Source of the DNA: Anthoceros angustus
Taxonomy: Eukaryota; Plantae; Anthocerotophyta
Assembly (NCBI GenBank): GCA_010909165.1
Contig: MU008169.1
Span: 124,001 to 188,000, forward strand
Reading direction: 5' to 3'
Length of the DNA: 64,000 bases
Positions 1 through 13,850 of this stretch are shown in pieces. Under the pieces are notes generated by a model. The model ran no database searches and was not told where the DNA came from. It saw only the letters and a list, made by a program, of their open reading frames with translations. Each line of letters opens with the position of its first letter. Positions within the stretch are counted from its first letter, which is position 1. Made by a program: the position numbers and the translations under genes.

Positions 1-676
1 TGCAAGGGTTTGTTGGCCATCAGAACCGGGACCTGAACGTCAGAGTAAGGCCCCGCTCCGTGAAGGCTGATTGAATACCCTTCCTCGACAAACAAATTCT
101 GATAGCTTGCTTTTCGTGCTGACAACAGATAAATGGTGGGGAGTGGCACGTGGTCCCCAAGGTAACAGCGATAGCAATAGGCAACGCACGATTCTTTGGA
201 GGAGGGATGAAAATCACTCCCACTGCTGATCCTTTCAGTGGTTCCTTAGAGGTACTATAATCTCTTCAAGACTCCAGACTTCTTTTCCTACATGAAAGAC
301 GGTGGATCGGAATGGTTGTTTACTCATCTGTGCGCTGTAATGGATTCTCAAGGTGGTTACGTTGCGGAATTTCAAGTGGTACGATTTCGTGCTTCGGCTG
401 TACAAGCTGTACCAAGGAACGCATGTTGAACTGAGAAACGTGTCTGTGCAGAGGTATGTGGAATCCGGTCCTTAGCACTACTGCTGTACAGCTTGAGGTG
501 TATGCCCTTCTCTCAACCGTCTTCTTGTTGCCTGCAGTGTCCATACCATCGAGATAGAGGAGGCTAGTGACCGTGAAAACCTAAGCGAGACGTTTGTGCA
601 AGCGGATGGTGAATATTTAGGGTATCTGCAAGCCACTTTCTCAGTTATTCCAGGCTCCGTGGATTTCCTTGTGTAG
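1..676 (+). CDS. LCBK2: 3' part of sphingoid long-chain base kinase 2-like / YegS-DAGK family lipid kinase (exons 1-44, 129-251, 353-453, 538-676)
   Basis: Spliced translation [14 protein letters not shown]|[35 protein letters not shown]..|[12 protein letters not shown]..|..[17 protein letters not shown] has the GNxxxFGGG and ADGE motifs of this family; all junctions are GT-AG. Confidence 0.85.
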
Positions 677-1734
677 CCTTCCTCCAGGCTCCCAGCGGCC
701 AGGGCGCCAGGGCGGGGACACAAGTCCAAGGCCCAGATTGAGCTGCTGATGGTGATGTACAAATAGTCTGAAGCCGTTGCTGCTGGCTTCCCTCTGAATG
801 GGGAACTGTTCACCTTGCGTCTTAGTTGCACATCGGCTCGATGAAGATCCTGCTGGCCATGGATTCTTTCTGCTGCACTTGGCGGTACAGATCAAAGGGT
901 GGGCAAGGACTGGTGAGTATCTCCAAGGGGACAGGTAGCAGTTATCCAGGACTATTTTCTATTACGTTCCCCCTTGGAACTGTTGCCGAAGCGAAGCGAC
1001 CCTGACATGCAAGCTCCCGGTTCGTGGCAGCGTGTGGGATGCCCCATAGGATTTCTACATACTATCGCAGCACGAGGCCGACTCCTGCACATATGTTGGG
1101 ATATGGGGTTTGGTATCACTCCTCGATTTCCCTGTTCCTTCCAAGCAGGTGAGGTAGCCAAGCCAAGCCCATCCGTAAGATGATGGCGGGCCTGGGGAAG
1201 CGAGTCCGCTCCGGAGGCTGGCCAATTCAGGGAGGCTCGGTGTCAGGAGCCAGGACAGTTCCAACGGCTGGTGGTGGCTCCGGCTCGCCCACCACTGGCA
1301 TTCGGCTGGCGGCCTGCAGAGTGCAGCGCCTGGCGTAGACGCATCACACATCACAACATTGATGCGGGCGGGCCAATCATGGCAACACACGGCAACATGT
1401 GTGTGGAACACACAAGAGTAGGAATGCAAGATTGCAGACGAGATTGCTCGAACTTGCGCAGCGCAGTCAAACTTCCCTTCCCGCTGGATCTCTACAGTTA
1501 CATACATACATCAAGGTGAGGCGGTGAGGCGGGACAGGGGACTTGAGCCACACAAAGTCGGGTGGCGGGCGACCGGCGGCGCGCGCGACCGAGGCGCGGG
1601 CGACCGCCGGTCGTGCATGCTAGGAGAGGCGCCTGAAGAGCACCTGGAAGCGCGAGGCCCGAGCTGCAAATGCGCAGCTCGCACGCACCGAAGGCAGCGA
1701 CGACTGCAGCGGCCTCAGCAGCGGCAGCAGAGCG

Positions 1735-2342
1735 ATGGTGACGGCGATGGCGATGGCTGCCAGCCTGCGGCAGCCCCGCCATTGCCACAGCCGCCGCGGC
1801 TCGCATTTGCCCGAGAGCGGCTCTATCATCCCAGGCTCCGCCGGCAGCGCGCCCTGTCCCTCTTCTTCGCGCTCCCTCGGGCGGGCGCTGGCGGTGCCAT
1901 GGCCGGCGCGGCCCGCGGGGAGCAGCAGGGCGGGAGGAGCGGCAGGCGCGGCCCGCGGTGGCCATGGCGGATTCGGACGCTGCGGAGGAGGAGGCGGGGC
2001 GGCAGGCGCGGCCGCGGCGGCAGCGGGGCTCCTGGCTGTGCCCGTGGTGGCCTGGTCGCTCTACACTCTCAAGACCACGGGTGCAGGCTCCGCCGGGCCC
2101 GGGGTGCCATCGGCGCGCTGGAAGGCGTCAGCTACCTGGCTGTGCTTGGAATCATCGGCTGGTCTGTGGCCACCAAGGTGCGCACCGGCAGCGGCCTGCC
2201 TGCCGGGCCCTTCGGCCTCCTGGGAGCTGCGGAGGGCCTCTCCTACCTTGCGCTGCTGGCCATCGCTGTGGTGTTCGGTTTGCAGTATCTGGACTTCGGC
2301 TACATTCCCGGGCCCGTGCCCGGTGAGCAGTGTTTCGGCTGA
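1735..2342 (+). CDS. Conserved plastid-targeted transmembrane protein with two internal GLPxGPxGxxGAxEGxSYL repeats; frameshifted in this assembly
   Basis: N-terminal frame gives ..VPVVAWSLYTLKTTG; C-terminal frame gives GAIGALEGVSYL..KVRTGSGLPAGPFGLLGAAEGLSYL..PGPVPGEQCFG*. The two join only if single bases are restored in G/C runs at 2078-2106. Confidence 0.75.
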
Positions 2343-3900
2343 GTTAATTTGGCGTCCTGCTCCTGCTCCTGCTCCTGGCCCTGATGTGCTTCCAAAAAAT
2401 TTGTTCGCCACCTTTTGCGTGCTTGAGGGGCCTTACTGCGTCACAGGTGTGGCAATCAGCGCACGTCTCCCCCGTCCATCTCTTGACAGCCTTCGCGTAG
2501 TCTCATTGTTTGTAATTTCTTCTGCTTCTCTTCTTAGGTGGAACGAGTTGAGTGACCGGCAGCGCAAGCAAGTGTTGCTGCTTCTCCATTCAATCGCGTA
2601 GCTGAATTTGTCACTCGCTGCTACATTATTATCTTTTCCCTCCAAAATGTTCCTGTACCATGGCATTTTCACTAATCTCTTTGCGACCTCTTTTTGATTT
2701 CTTGTTTCTTCTCCATTCTCCGCGTGCCTTGGCAGCCTTGCTTCTGCAGTGTTGACACAAGTCTGACCAGCGCAGGGCTGCCATTGTCAGGGCTCTTCGC
2801 ACAAGCGACATCTCGAGGCACTATCCTCGCGCCGGGTGAGAACCGTCCAGTCCAGTACTGATTGCGGCCTGCAAGTTGCTGCCGTGCCTGTTAGTGCATT
2901 CAAGTGTACTTGCCCTCAGGGGGCGGGGAGAAGGCAGAACACGCTCAAGCAGCAGGGGCTCGCCTCTTTGTTTAGTCATATTACGCCTGCGGCATGCATA
3001 CTTTTCGATAGCCCTTGTCTGGCTCGGTCCGCTTTTCGAGGTCTGTCCGCTGTTTTTAAAATGGATACCAGGTAAGGCTGTGGGAACCGTACGAGTCCGA
3101 CTACTGTCGGTTGGAGCTCGACCGTCATGTTCTGTCGTGCCAGCTCTTCCGGGCTCAATTGCGATCTCCCTTGTGAAGTAGTCTACAATTCAACATATTT
3201 CACAGAAATCTTCACCGCCGCGCGGGCTGCTTCTCAGGGTCCATGAGAGAACATAACACAGCAGATGGTTTCACTTGTACATCTAATACAGGGCATTAAC
3301 TGCGTACAGCACTGGCGCGGCGTAAGGAGAGGACTGCTTGTCCTCCACACCGCTTGTGTCTTGCCCGCTGGGCCAGGGGCTGAGGGCAACCGCAGATCTG
3401 GCATATGTCGTGCTCGGACCAGTTAAGCTCGTTGAGTATCTAGCACACCCTCAATCAAGCGAGGGAAGGAGGGAGAATAAACGCACAACCCTGAAGCTGC
3501 GACACGTTGTCGGGGCAGCTAAGAATGCCTGTCACGGTGCTCATGTGCGCCTCAACTGTCCCGTCGTCCTACTGAAGCTTACCGTTAGTCCATAATATTA
3601 TGGAGAGGAGAGCTTGCACCTTTCCAAGACTTTGATGCGGGCTGCACATTCTGCTGCAGCCGCATAGTGTACAGGTTGGCTGTGAGCATCTCTTCAGTCG
3701 TCAGGTAGAGAAGCCAGCATGCAAAGAGGTGTGTGGAGTGTCATCTTCCAGCTGCAACCTGGCATCATTCAGTCACCTGTCCTCTCCCATGATGAACAGG
3801 AAACCCAAGTACTGACAAGCAGCGGCCTTTGTCAACATTTCCAGACCTCCAGTTAGTATAGGATACACACAACAATAAGTGTGAGCTGCCGGCGCCTATA

Positions 3901-6900
3901 TTACACAAGCCTCGGATGTCTCAAGGACTTGTTGAAATGAGGCTGCATGAATCTTGCATAAAGTCCACATTTGGACATGAGCCCATCGTGAGACCCCTCC
4001 TCCACAATTTTCCCATTGTGCAATACTGCCACAGAATCCACGCGGCGCATCATGGCCAACCTATGTGCCACAACGATGGTCGTTCTGTTGCCCATAATGA
4101 GCTGCTCCAATGCCTCCTGTACTACTCGGTATGACTCGGTTTCCACCTCCGCAGCAATCTCATCTAAAAGAAGGATTGGCGGGTTCTTCAGCACAATTCT
4201 CGCAATCGCAAGGCGTTGCTTTTGCCCTGTAGATAGCTGCACACCTCGCATCCCTAGGTGAGTGTCATATCCATGCGGCAGACTAGATATAAAATGATGG
4301 GCGTTAGCAATCCTCGCCGCCTCAATCATCTCAGACTCCGTGGCTTTAGTGCGCGCATACATAATATTTTCCCGGATCGTGGTGGAGAACATAACCGGAG
4401 TTTGTGGCACATATCCGACATGATCCCGAAGCCATCTCAAGCTGTAGGCTTTGATGTCCTTCCCATCCAGAAGAATGCACCCGGATAGGGGGTCGTAGAA
4501 CCTCTCAACGAGAGCGAAAATAGTGCTCTTACCGGATCCAGCCGTGCCTACAATAGCAACGGTTTTTCCAGATGGGATTCTCAGATTGAAGTTCCTCAGC
4601 ACGGGAACATCCAGTCTTGAAGGATAGCGGAACTCCACATTCTTGAACTCAACCTCGCCTTTTGTAGCAGCTGGCTTAAATCCCGCATGTTCATCTCCAT
4701 CTGTCTTTGGCCGCCGATTTATAATATCGAAGACTGGTATGATGGATTTCCGTCGCTTCAGAATAAAAGGGGCCAAACCAAAAGCTCCCACAAGCGCAAA
4801 GATTGTAAAAGAGAAGACGATGAACAGCTTGAGAACATTGGACAAGCTTCCGTGTCCATGCCTGAAGACTTCAGACGCATACCACAGAACCAACGCATTG
4901 CAAGCGAAGAGAAGACCTTGAGATAGCCCGAAAGCCAACCCACTAGCTTGCCCTTGAAGAGCACTTTCCCTCAAAGGTTGAGCCAGTTGCCTCTGATAGA
5001 GTTCAAGCATTTTTTCCCCTGCAGAAAAAGATACCACTGTGTAGATATGAGTCACAGCCTCATCAAGCAATGCCCCAGCTGTCTTATGCGCTTCCTTGAT
5101 GTCTCCTGAGAAACCGTTGATCCAAAGTTGCTGTTCAAACAAAAAGTTAAGTACATTCAGCCCCTTTTGTCTAATGCACTGACAACGAAACAAGTAAAAC
5201 GCCACCTGGAGGAGAAGAGTTGAGTAGCACAAAACCTGAGATATAGCAGCAAAAAGCAATAAAGGAGCCGTGGCTACAGCAACAAGAGCAACTCGCCAAT
5301 GTAAAATCAGGCCAATAACAGTTGCAACTGCAATTGCTGTTATGTCTTGCACACACACAGACAACCTGTTGCTAAAAGCCGCCCGCACATATGTTGCATC
5401 ATTTGCCAGCCTCATTGAAAGCACTTCAGGGCTATTTGCTGGGTCATCAAACCACGCTACTTCGCTTCTCAATATTGCTGCAAAAGCAACGACAATAATT
5501 CCACACGTCAGGTAACATGTGTCCATCTTCACCACAATTTGGTTGAGAAGCTGCATCCAGATTCCACGAGAAAAGGTTTGGAAGAAATACAGCCTAACCA
5601 AAAAGTTACCTGAGAAAAGCAGTCGGCGCACCCGCTCAGTCATTTTCTCTCCCATGATGCCGAAATAAAAATGCTGAAGAAAGGATACAAAGACTGTGGC
5701 CACACCCATGCCTAGAACGATCAGCGACCACTTGTTCACAGCATGAATCATTTGTCTGTTGTCCGCGTAATAGTAGGTCTCCGCCACTTGCACAACCACA
5801 AATACAAAGAGAGGGTTGAAGGACCCAAACAAGAAGGCTCCAATGCATCCGAGGAATGCATACAGCCATTCTGGCGCGCTGAGCATTGCAAGCCTCCACA
5901 GACTTGGTTTAGTGCCGGGCTGGTAGTCCTGCTGCTTACTTGCACTGATATCAGAGATAGTTCTGTTGAAGACCTTGGAATGGGAGCGGTCACTGAAGGG
6001 ATCTGTAGTTAGAAGAGGAGAAACAGGAGACTCGGGGTTGGAGTTATGTGACGTTTGCCTGGAGCCTATCTCGAGCTTTGGGAGACTAGCCATGAACTGG
6101 GTCTCAATACTGTCCTGCCGCCTGAGAGACGGAGGTTTGTCCGAGGTGATAGTAGGCAAGTCATGCTCCTGTTTCTTAACAGATGAGACACTTGAAGTTT
6201 TCGACAAGGCTGCACTATCGGGAGCCCCAGTCTCACCTAAGAAGGCTTGATCGGATAAACGTACCCCATTTTGTCGTGTTAGAGAGGGTGATTTCGCTAA
6301 ACCCTTTGGAGAATGATGAATCTCTGTTACTTGGACCCTTGTTGGTGCTGGTGGCTGGACTGGTTGGTGTATAAAAGACCTAGACCTGCATGAGCCAACA
6401 GACAGACAACATCAGGAACAAAGGAAAACCGTGTACCATCCGTAGGGTGACCACAAAAAAAGCCGTTCCACCACATACCTTCTTGGTGGCTTGGAGGACT
6501 CTTGAAGTCTGACTAAATCTGCATAGAGCCCATCGAAACCCAACAACTCCTCATGTGTGCCAAATTCCACCAGTGTACCCTCTTCAAGCACTGCTATAAT
6601 GTCTGCATTACGGATAGTTGCCAAGCGATGAGCAATAACAACAGTTGAGCGGTTTAGCATGATTATGTCTAGAGCTTCTTGGACAACCCTTTCGGCCTCC
6701 ACATCTAGGGTACTTGTAGCTTCATCCAGCAAGAGAATCGGTGGGTTCTTCAGCACTGCTCTTGCTAAGGCCACTTTCAACTGCTTGTCAGGTGACAGAA
6801 CTAAGCCATCATGCCCCACCTACATGTGTGTGAGGACAAAAGTTGCACACATAAACTGTTAGATCGATCATAACTAAAATGCAAAGCCCAGCATAAGTAG

Positions 6901-9265
6901 CTGCAAGACATGTTCACCTGTGTATTGTAACCCTTTTCAAGAGAGCTTATGAATGAGTGAGCGTGTGCTACTTTGGCTGCCTCTTCAATATCATCCATGC
7001 TAGCGGACGTTCGACCAAGTTGAATGTTTTCCTTGATGCTGCCGGCGAATAATGCAGGTTCCTGGCTTACTAGCCCCATTTGGCTTCTTAGCCAGTCCAG
7101 CTGCAAATTCTTGATGTTTTCTCCATCCAGCAGAACCTCACCTGATGTGAGAACTATCTTGTCACTCTCTTTTACAGGTTTGAAAAAAAGAAAAATTCAA
7201 AGAGGCTTGTGATCAAGAGAATGCTGAGAATACCTAGTGTAGGATCGTAGAAGCGCTGAATCAGTGAAATGACACTGCTTTTGCCAGAACCATGGGTCCC
7301 AACTAGCGCCAAGGTTTTCTTTGCAGGAAGTATGAGATGGAGACCTGTTAAAATAGGTATGTCGGGCCGTGAGGGATAGCTGAAATACACGTTCCGAAAA
7401 TCAATTAGACCTTGCACATTCCTCAGTGTTCTTCCTTCTTGACTGCTGCCTGTTTGTGTGTAGTTGATCATTGTAAAAAGCCGATGCGCTGCAATCCTCC
7501 CTTGCTCAAAAGCATGAAAGTTCGTGGCTGCTCTGTTCAAGCCTCTGAAGCAACAGAAAATTTTTCAGTATTCGTTCCATCAAGTAATGCCATATTCAGC
7601 AACAATTCCAGACGCCTAAGAGGTCTGAAATTCAACTGGAAGCCAGAAGGGTACGCACAAGCCTGACAAGATGACTGCAAAAATCGCTGCAATTATTTCA
7701 CCGCCGTTTGCTTTCCCATGTCTCACAAGAATGCGTCCAACCCACAGTTGGAGAGCACATGAGCAAAGTACAATCCCATATATGCAGCCAAGGCCCAGAC
7801 CCTGTACAAGGCTTATCTGAACTCCAAATCTAAGTGTTGATTGGAGAGCATTTGCATAAGTGTATTTCACCAAGGTCTCGTTTGCAAACGAGTACACAGC
7901 TCGAACATAAGCTATAGCCTGCAACCACTCATCCAACCGAAGTGGGCTTCAGGATGAGTGCAATTGACACATTACAGCAACTGTGAGACACAGAAAGAAA
8001 TTGCGGAGGACAAGACACAGAAAACAAACCCCAAAATCCTCAAGCTAGCAAACAGCCTGGAAAACCACCCCTCAACGAAAGTGCCGCAGGTATGGTTACA
8101 GGCTGGACATTGTACCTGGTCTGCTATGCTTGCAGCATCAGCATAGGCATCCTGAACACACTCAGCATACTTGTTCAAATAAACATTTGATATTGCTCCA
8201 GCAGCGACAACAAAGGGTGCAGAAGCCAAGGTCACCAATGAAACCTCCCAGCAGTTTATGAAGCCCACGACAAGCCCTCCTATGCAAGTTGCCATGTTGT
8301 GTGTGTAGTTTCCCACCTGCCAATATGTCATTCCCCCATTGACAGTCAAGAAGCTACACAGGAAGGGCAAAACGAGGGAGGCACTGCAAAACCTGTAACT
8401 GGGTGACTCCTCTGTTTCAACAGCCTCATATCTCATAGCAAGGCAGATATAAAGTGGAAATTGATTCCCTACCTTTTCACCAATAGCATATTGAAGAAGA
8501 AGGGCATCATTGGTAATCTGGTTCACAACCTCTCCTGACTTCCCAAATGTGTCAAAAAACGAGATTTCTTGCTTTAAGAGGACCTGCACATATTTGGACC
8601 TAAGAACCACTCCTTGCCGCTCACCCGTAAGAATCCAGCATGAGATCTCTGCCGAGCCAAAAAATCGAATCAGGAATGACTTACTACTTGCATTGGCAAC
8701 CAGCATGCAGGATTGATGTCACGATTCGGCTTTTATCCACATGAGAAAACGTACCAAGATAACCAGCGATCAGGACAGCACCTCCAATATAAAGAATATA
8801 TAATACATGCTGCACAGGAGCAAACATTTAGTGCTGAGATTCAAGAAATGCTGAGGAAAGAGTAGCAGACGCAATTAGGGACTCCACCCCCGAGACTACC
8901 TTGGCCATTTCATCTGCAACTTCCTGTCGCGGGTGGTCCCTGTGAGAACCAAACCAGCTTATGATCTGTCCAAACAAGTGGAGGTACAATGGCAATGCTG
9001 CACCATGGACAATGGCAGCCAGCGACCCTACCACCATAAGCAGCCAATCAAAGCTGTCCGCATAGGAAAAGAGCCTGAAAAAAGGAACTGAGGCTGGTGC
9101 AACCTCTCCATCCCCAGTGTCCTCCACCGATGGTTCTTGGGCAACCACCATTTCAGTCATCTCCAAGTATGGGGAGGGTGACTCCGGAGGCTCAGACACC
9201 TCGGAAACAGGGGTCAAGGGCTGAATGTGGGGTGGTGACCACCCAAACAAGCCCTTGGGCACCAT
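3901..9265 (-). CDS. Full-size ABCB (P-glycoprotein) transporter, ABCB6/ABCB20 subgroup, multi-exon
   Basis: N-terminus [34 protein letters not shown] is characteristic of ABCB6/20; two TMDs and two NBDs (Walker [10 protein letters not shown] and GTAGSGKST, Walker B ILLLDE); C-terminus ..[16 protein letters not shown]. Confidence 0.93.
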
Positions 9266-10431
9266 TGTCGTAGTGCCTTTGAGCACCTAACACCAAGGCC
9301 AAATCTGTTGAAACAAAGACGCTAGCCACAAACCTTCAACCCATGATACACATTCCCCAGCTTCAAAACAGTAGCCCCTTCTTGCATCCTACACTGCCGA
9401 TTGCAGCTTCCATAAAATAGGCATTCAAACTGCAAGCTGCTATAGCTGAAAGCAAGTGACACACCCGTCGCTGAGCTCTGCCACACGACGCCTTGGCAAA
9501 TTGAAGTAAAATTCATTCTTTACCCAAGCCATCCTCGAGCCAAGACAACCTTGCCAACGCACCCAATAGCCCATTGAAATCACGTCACCACTAACTAAAC
9601 ACACCTTCACTGGGCAACTACTGCACCATCCCCCTCCCCTGCAATCTCAAGCAACAAGTCTGTCCTCCTCACACCTCGTACCCCTCTCTGAAGAGACTGA
9701 GACCAAGTTCTCCAAACCAAGGACACCAGATCCTAACCCACCATATCGCCTCACCCAGCTGCGGTACCCTAACTCTCCAGCCTAGCTGATCCCCAAACCC
9801 GCACATCCGGATAGCCCCCACAGACCAGTCACCAGGAAAATTGACGTCCGAAAGCGCGCTCAAAACGAGGACAATTGCCGCCGTCCCTGTATTCGCCTCT
9901 CTTCAATTCCCCCCTACTGGTCAACCGCATTTTCAGCTCAAGCCCCTCCGTCCTAACGATAATCCCCCCGCAGCAACATGCATACCCCGCACATGCCAAT
10001 CCTGCAGTGCCTGCCTTGCCTACCACCCACTCAACCCCCTCTAGACTCTACGGAGCACCCTCCTGTCCACTTCCCCCTCTTATGCAACCCGTCCTGCGGC
10101 ACGCACTGAGCAGAGACGGGCGGTCCCTCCAGATTCCCGGTCTCAGCCGCCTGTTCCCAACAGCACCGAACGCCTGAGGAGCAGCTCCACCCCGAGCTCC
10201 GGCCACGAGGCGAGCAAAGGCCGGCGGGAAAAGGAAGCACTCCTTGTGTCAGACGTCAAGCATGCGTCAGCAAGCTGGGGCAACCAGGTTCCCCCGAACC
10301 CAGAATTCCCAGCAGCAGTGTCGTCGCCGCTGACGTACCACCCACCAGCCTACCTCATTCCAATTCCCGCCGGTCACCTTGACTAGCCTCTGCCTCCGCT
10401 TCCCCCACAGCCCAGGCCTCCGCACACCAGG

Positions 10432-10441
10432 CTATATATAG
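10432..10441 (-). promoter_or_regulatory. Candidate TATA box for the ABCB gene (5' UTR intron acceptor near 9287)
   Basis: CTATATATAG in a GC-rich context about 1.2 kb upstream of the ABCB ATG; TTAG|G acceptor just upstream of the start codon. The TSS is not known. Confidence 0.3.
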
Positions 10442-13400
10442 CCAGCTGCTACGCTAGCAAGCAGGAATCGCTCCCGCCATCCAGCCCACACCGTGACGGG
10501 GTAAAACTCCAACACATAACCTCGGTAAAGCAACAGTGCGGGCGAGACCGACAGCTTACCAAGCAAGCAGCGAGATGGTGGCCAGCCAGCCAGCAGTGTG
10601 GAGTTCTGGACCCATTACTATTCGTGCTGGGCTGACGGGGCACAAGTGCATGCTTCCGCGATCGGGGGACACGAGCCTTCAACTCAGCTCACAACTTCAA
10701 GGAAGAAGGGGATAAAGAAGGGGCAAAGCCGATGCCGATGCGGGCAAGAGTCAAGCCAAGTCGTGACAGCCCAAGCAGAGAGGGGCTGACCGCATTCTCA
10801 CATGCATGTTCACTCACGAGCCGCCCGAGGCATGGCGACGCCGGCCCCGGCACACGAAGCACATTCCGGACTCCCGTCCACCAGACTCCAGAGTCTTCTC
10901 TCCTCACTACGTGAACGCAGACACCGCCCGGCAGGACCATACAATAATCATAATCGCAGCACAAGACGAAGCCAACATCCCGGAAGCATGTCGTGGTGAA
11001 AATTAGCCCCGGCACAAATTCTCACGAATCTGCCTGGACGCGAGGCAAGAATGGGGCAAAGGCTATGCACGGAGGCGCATTCAATGTCTGTGGTAGAGCC
11101 GTATCGACAATTGCGCACGACGACCCAGTCATTCAATGCTCCCCATCACTTCCACGCAACTCCCCACTCCAGTCCCGAGGCTCATCACCCCATTTGACCA
11201 CTCCAGCCCGCCCACGACTCCCATCGCGGTGTGAGCGGGGTTCCGGCTTTCTTCCCTTCATTTCATCCCACTTTGCCGCTTGCCGCATACGTGATATGCA
11301 CACGGCCAGAACCGCGTCGGACTTAATTGAGCGCTTTGTGTGTTCACATGTGTGGCTTGCGAAGGGGACGGTTTCCCCAACAGGGACGCTTGGACAAAGC
11401 CCGCTTCTAAACCTACCCACCCACACGCGTTTTATGAACTGACCGCGAGAGCGTGCGGGAAAGATCCTCTCTCCGTAGCCTCACCCGTAGGCGTAGCCGC
11501 ATGCGGGCGCGACGAAGCGCGCGCTCGGTGCGCTTCCTCTGGAGCGTCCTGCTGCGGTCACCTCCCGAGCCGGTGGTCCATCTCGGGAGGCGATCCCCGT
11601 GACCCGGGGCGGTGTGAGCGGAGCTAGGGACTCGCGCACGGTACACCGCACGGCCGCACCAGGTTGGATGGTATGTATGGATAGGGCGGTCGCCATACGG
11701 CTATGACAGGAGGAGGCCAGTGCAGTGCAGTCTGACCCCCGGCCCACCGCACGGGCTTTTGTCAGTTCATAAAAACTTCTGAATTGTACATGTGTTTAGG
11801 AAACAGGGTGGACACGAGGCATTACATGTTCGCGACCACTTTGGGCTTCGCTTGACCCAGGTCGTAGACAACCAGATGCCTTTCACCAATAAAGAGGGAC
11901 GCATGAATGGGATTCAATCAATCTGACAAAAGCAAGGGGAACCCTGCCGACACCCCAATAACGCGGGAGTCGCGGGACTTTCTCTGCACTCCGATATTGT
12001 ATGTACATATGTACGTAATACATATAGCGCTCCAGAATATATAATTATAGGATATAGTTCCTTGAAGATATTAAAATCTCATTATTATGGAGGTCGCGGA
12101 GCCAAAGTTCTTTATTTTTAAGATCCTTTTATCAATAAGAAATTCGTTTCATCGTATTTGCTGCTCCCGTGGAAACCATCTTTTTCATCCCTTGGAAATG
12201 CATATGGCTTAGTCGGGCATACCATAGGTAGCTTTGATTCTATTTATTGATCTTTTTTAACATTGAAACATTTTTTTTTACATCAATTCTCAATTAGTTG
12301 CTGGTTGGTTTATTTTGCAGATTAGTTTGTGCCTTCTTAGGCGACTGTGTGTGCTTTCCTTCATTCGTGAGTCAAGCCGTATCAGTGGCACAAATGAATA
12401 AGACTCAATTGCTTCGTGCAAAGGTTTTAGTATTAAAGAGGACTGTGCAAATGTTTATCAGTACTTACATGAACAAATCCCTGCTTGAAAACATAAACAA
12501 CCAATTTAATAAAAGCCTACCCTGAAACACAATCAGGGCTAATCTGTACCTCAGCCGTGGTGACCAAGTCTCCATGGCAAAAGTGGCGGTCGCTGACACT
12601 ACACGAGAGCATGAAGGATGCATCATGGACAAATGGTTTGTTCTTGAAAAATTTGGAAAACAAAACCAATAATCTATCGTCAATCCTAGTTATGTGCTAT
12701 CCACCTTTCTACACAAAATTGCTTATCCGAGGGGTGAAAGTTTTGGACGAAAAAGAAGTGTACTAGGACTCAAAAATTTTGGGAGCATGTGTTTTTTAAA
12801 TGTCATTCTGCATGTATTTCTTTGTGGCTAAAAGTTGATATTACATGTTTTTACTTAGGCGCATTTGATGCCAAGCTTCAAGTCCCTATAGGCAATCGGT
12901 TGCCCAATGATTCCCGGAAACTGCCCATGGCCATAGGCTTCTGTAATGGGGCCAGCTCTTACGAGGTGGTGATGAGTTCCACGCTCGGCATAATAGTCAA
13001 TAAAGATTACAATGGACTCGGTTCTTATCATCTTGTTTTGGTTTAGTGGCCTCGGTTCGAGGATGCAGTACATTTCTAAAAAATGGAATCGCCTTTCTGA
13101 GAACGGGATTATAATCGAATACCTGGACTGGAGAGTCAATCCAAAATTCGTGTATTAGCGGTATGTTTTAGATTCGAAAAGCTTCAATTTTAAATTTTTT
13201 TGCGTACAAATCTCTTCTCGTACGCGTCCATGATTGTTATTCCACTGATCTTGCGTTCTTAGTCGTCATATAGATTGGTTTTTTTTGCAGGCACTTGCAA
13301 GTTCTAATTTATTAGTAGCCTTTTTGAAGCGTAATTATCAACCTGCGAAAAAGAACGTGAAAAACTGCAACTAACAAAACTTTTACTTCAAGTCTTGAGA

Positions 13401-13499
13401 AGTAGGCGACAAAGAGGGGAATTATGTTAGCAACATGGTATCTTCGTTTTACTATCCAAGTGTTCACCTGATCCAGACCTTTATGGAAAGAACAAAATT

Positions 13500-13850
13500 G
13501 CAGACTCAAGTCTGTTGATAGACCTTCTCAAACAGTCATCAACACCACCTCTGCACAGGTCATCACTAACGGCTCAGGTTGGGCGGCTGCTAGAGCGGCG
13601 GCGCTCAAGGTCAAGAGGTACAAGGGGATGCAAGCAGGCCATCTCTTCGTTCCGCTCGCCTTGGAAATGTATGGCAAGTTGGCCGAGGACTTCAAAAATT
13701 TATCAAGTCTTGCCGTAATGCTTATCACATGCTCACAAACATGGTGCGGGGCTTTCTCTCTCGTAGAATTCACTTTTTTTTTTCCTTCAATGGGTGTTCA
13801 TTTCTCTCTAACGACAACATACACGAGCTATCCTCAAGGTGACAACGATA
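13500..13850 (+). mobile_element. CRE/SLACS-like non-LTR retrotransposon remnant: restriction-like endonuclease (RLE) C-terminus
   Basis: Frameshifted translation LLID..TVINT..GWAAARAAALKVKRYKGMQAGHLFVPLALEMYGKLAEDF..VFISL*RQHTRAIL fits the D-x-T/V..K..KY..F.P..E..G..S.ALQR pattern of RLE-type non-LTR elements. Confidence 0.65.

Noticed and set aside
680-1520. Short ORFs and splice-like sites downstream of LCBK2
   Set aside because: No recognisable protein on either strand; probably UTR or intergenic DNA.
2600-3890. ORFs of 60-100 aa between the plastid membrane gene and ABCB
   Set aside because: No family motifs; consistent with convergent 3' UTRs.
6640-6800. Degenerate ABC signature in NBD1 (LSPDKQ) and Walker B region DEIAAEVE in NBD2
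   Set aside because: Non-canonical signatures are, as I recall, typical of the ABCB6/20 subgroup and not specific to this gene.
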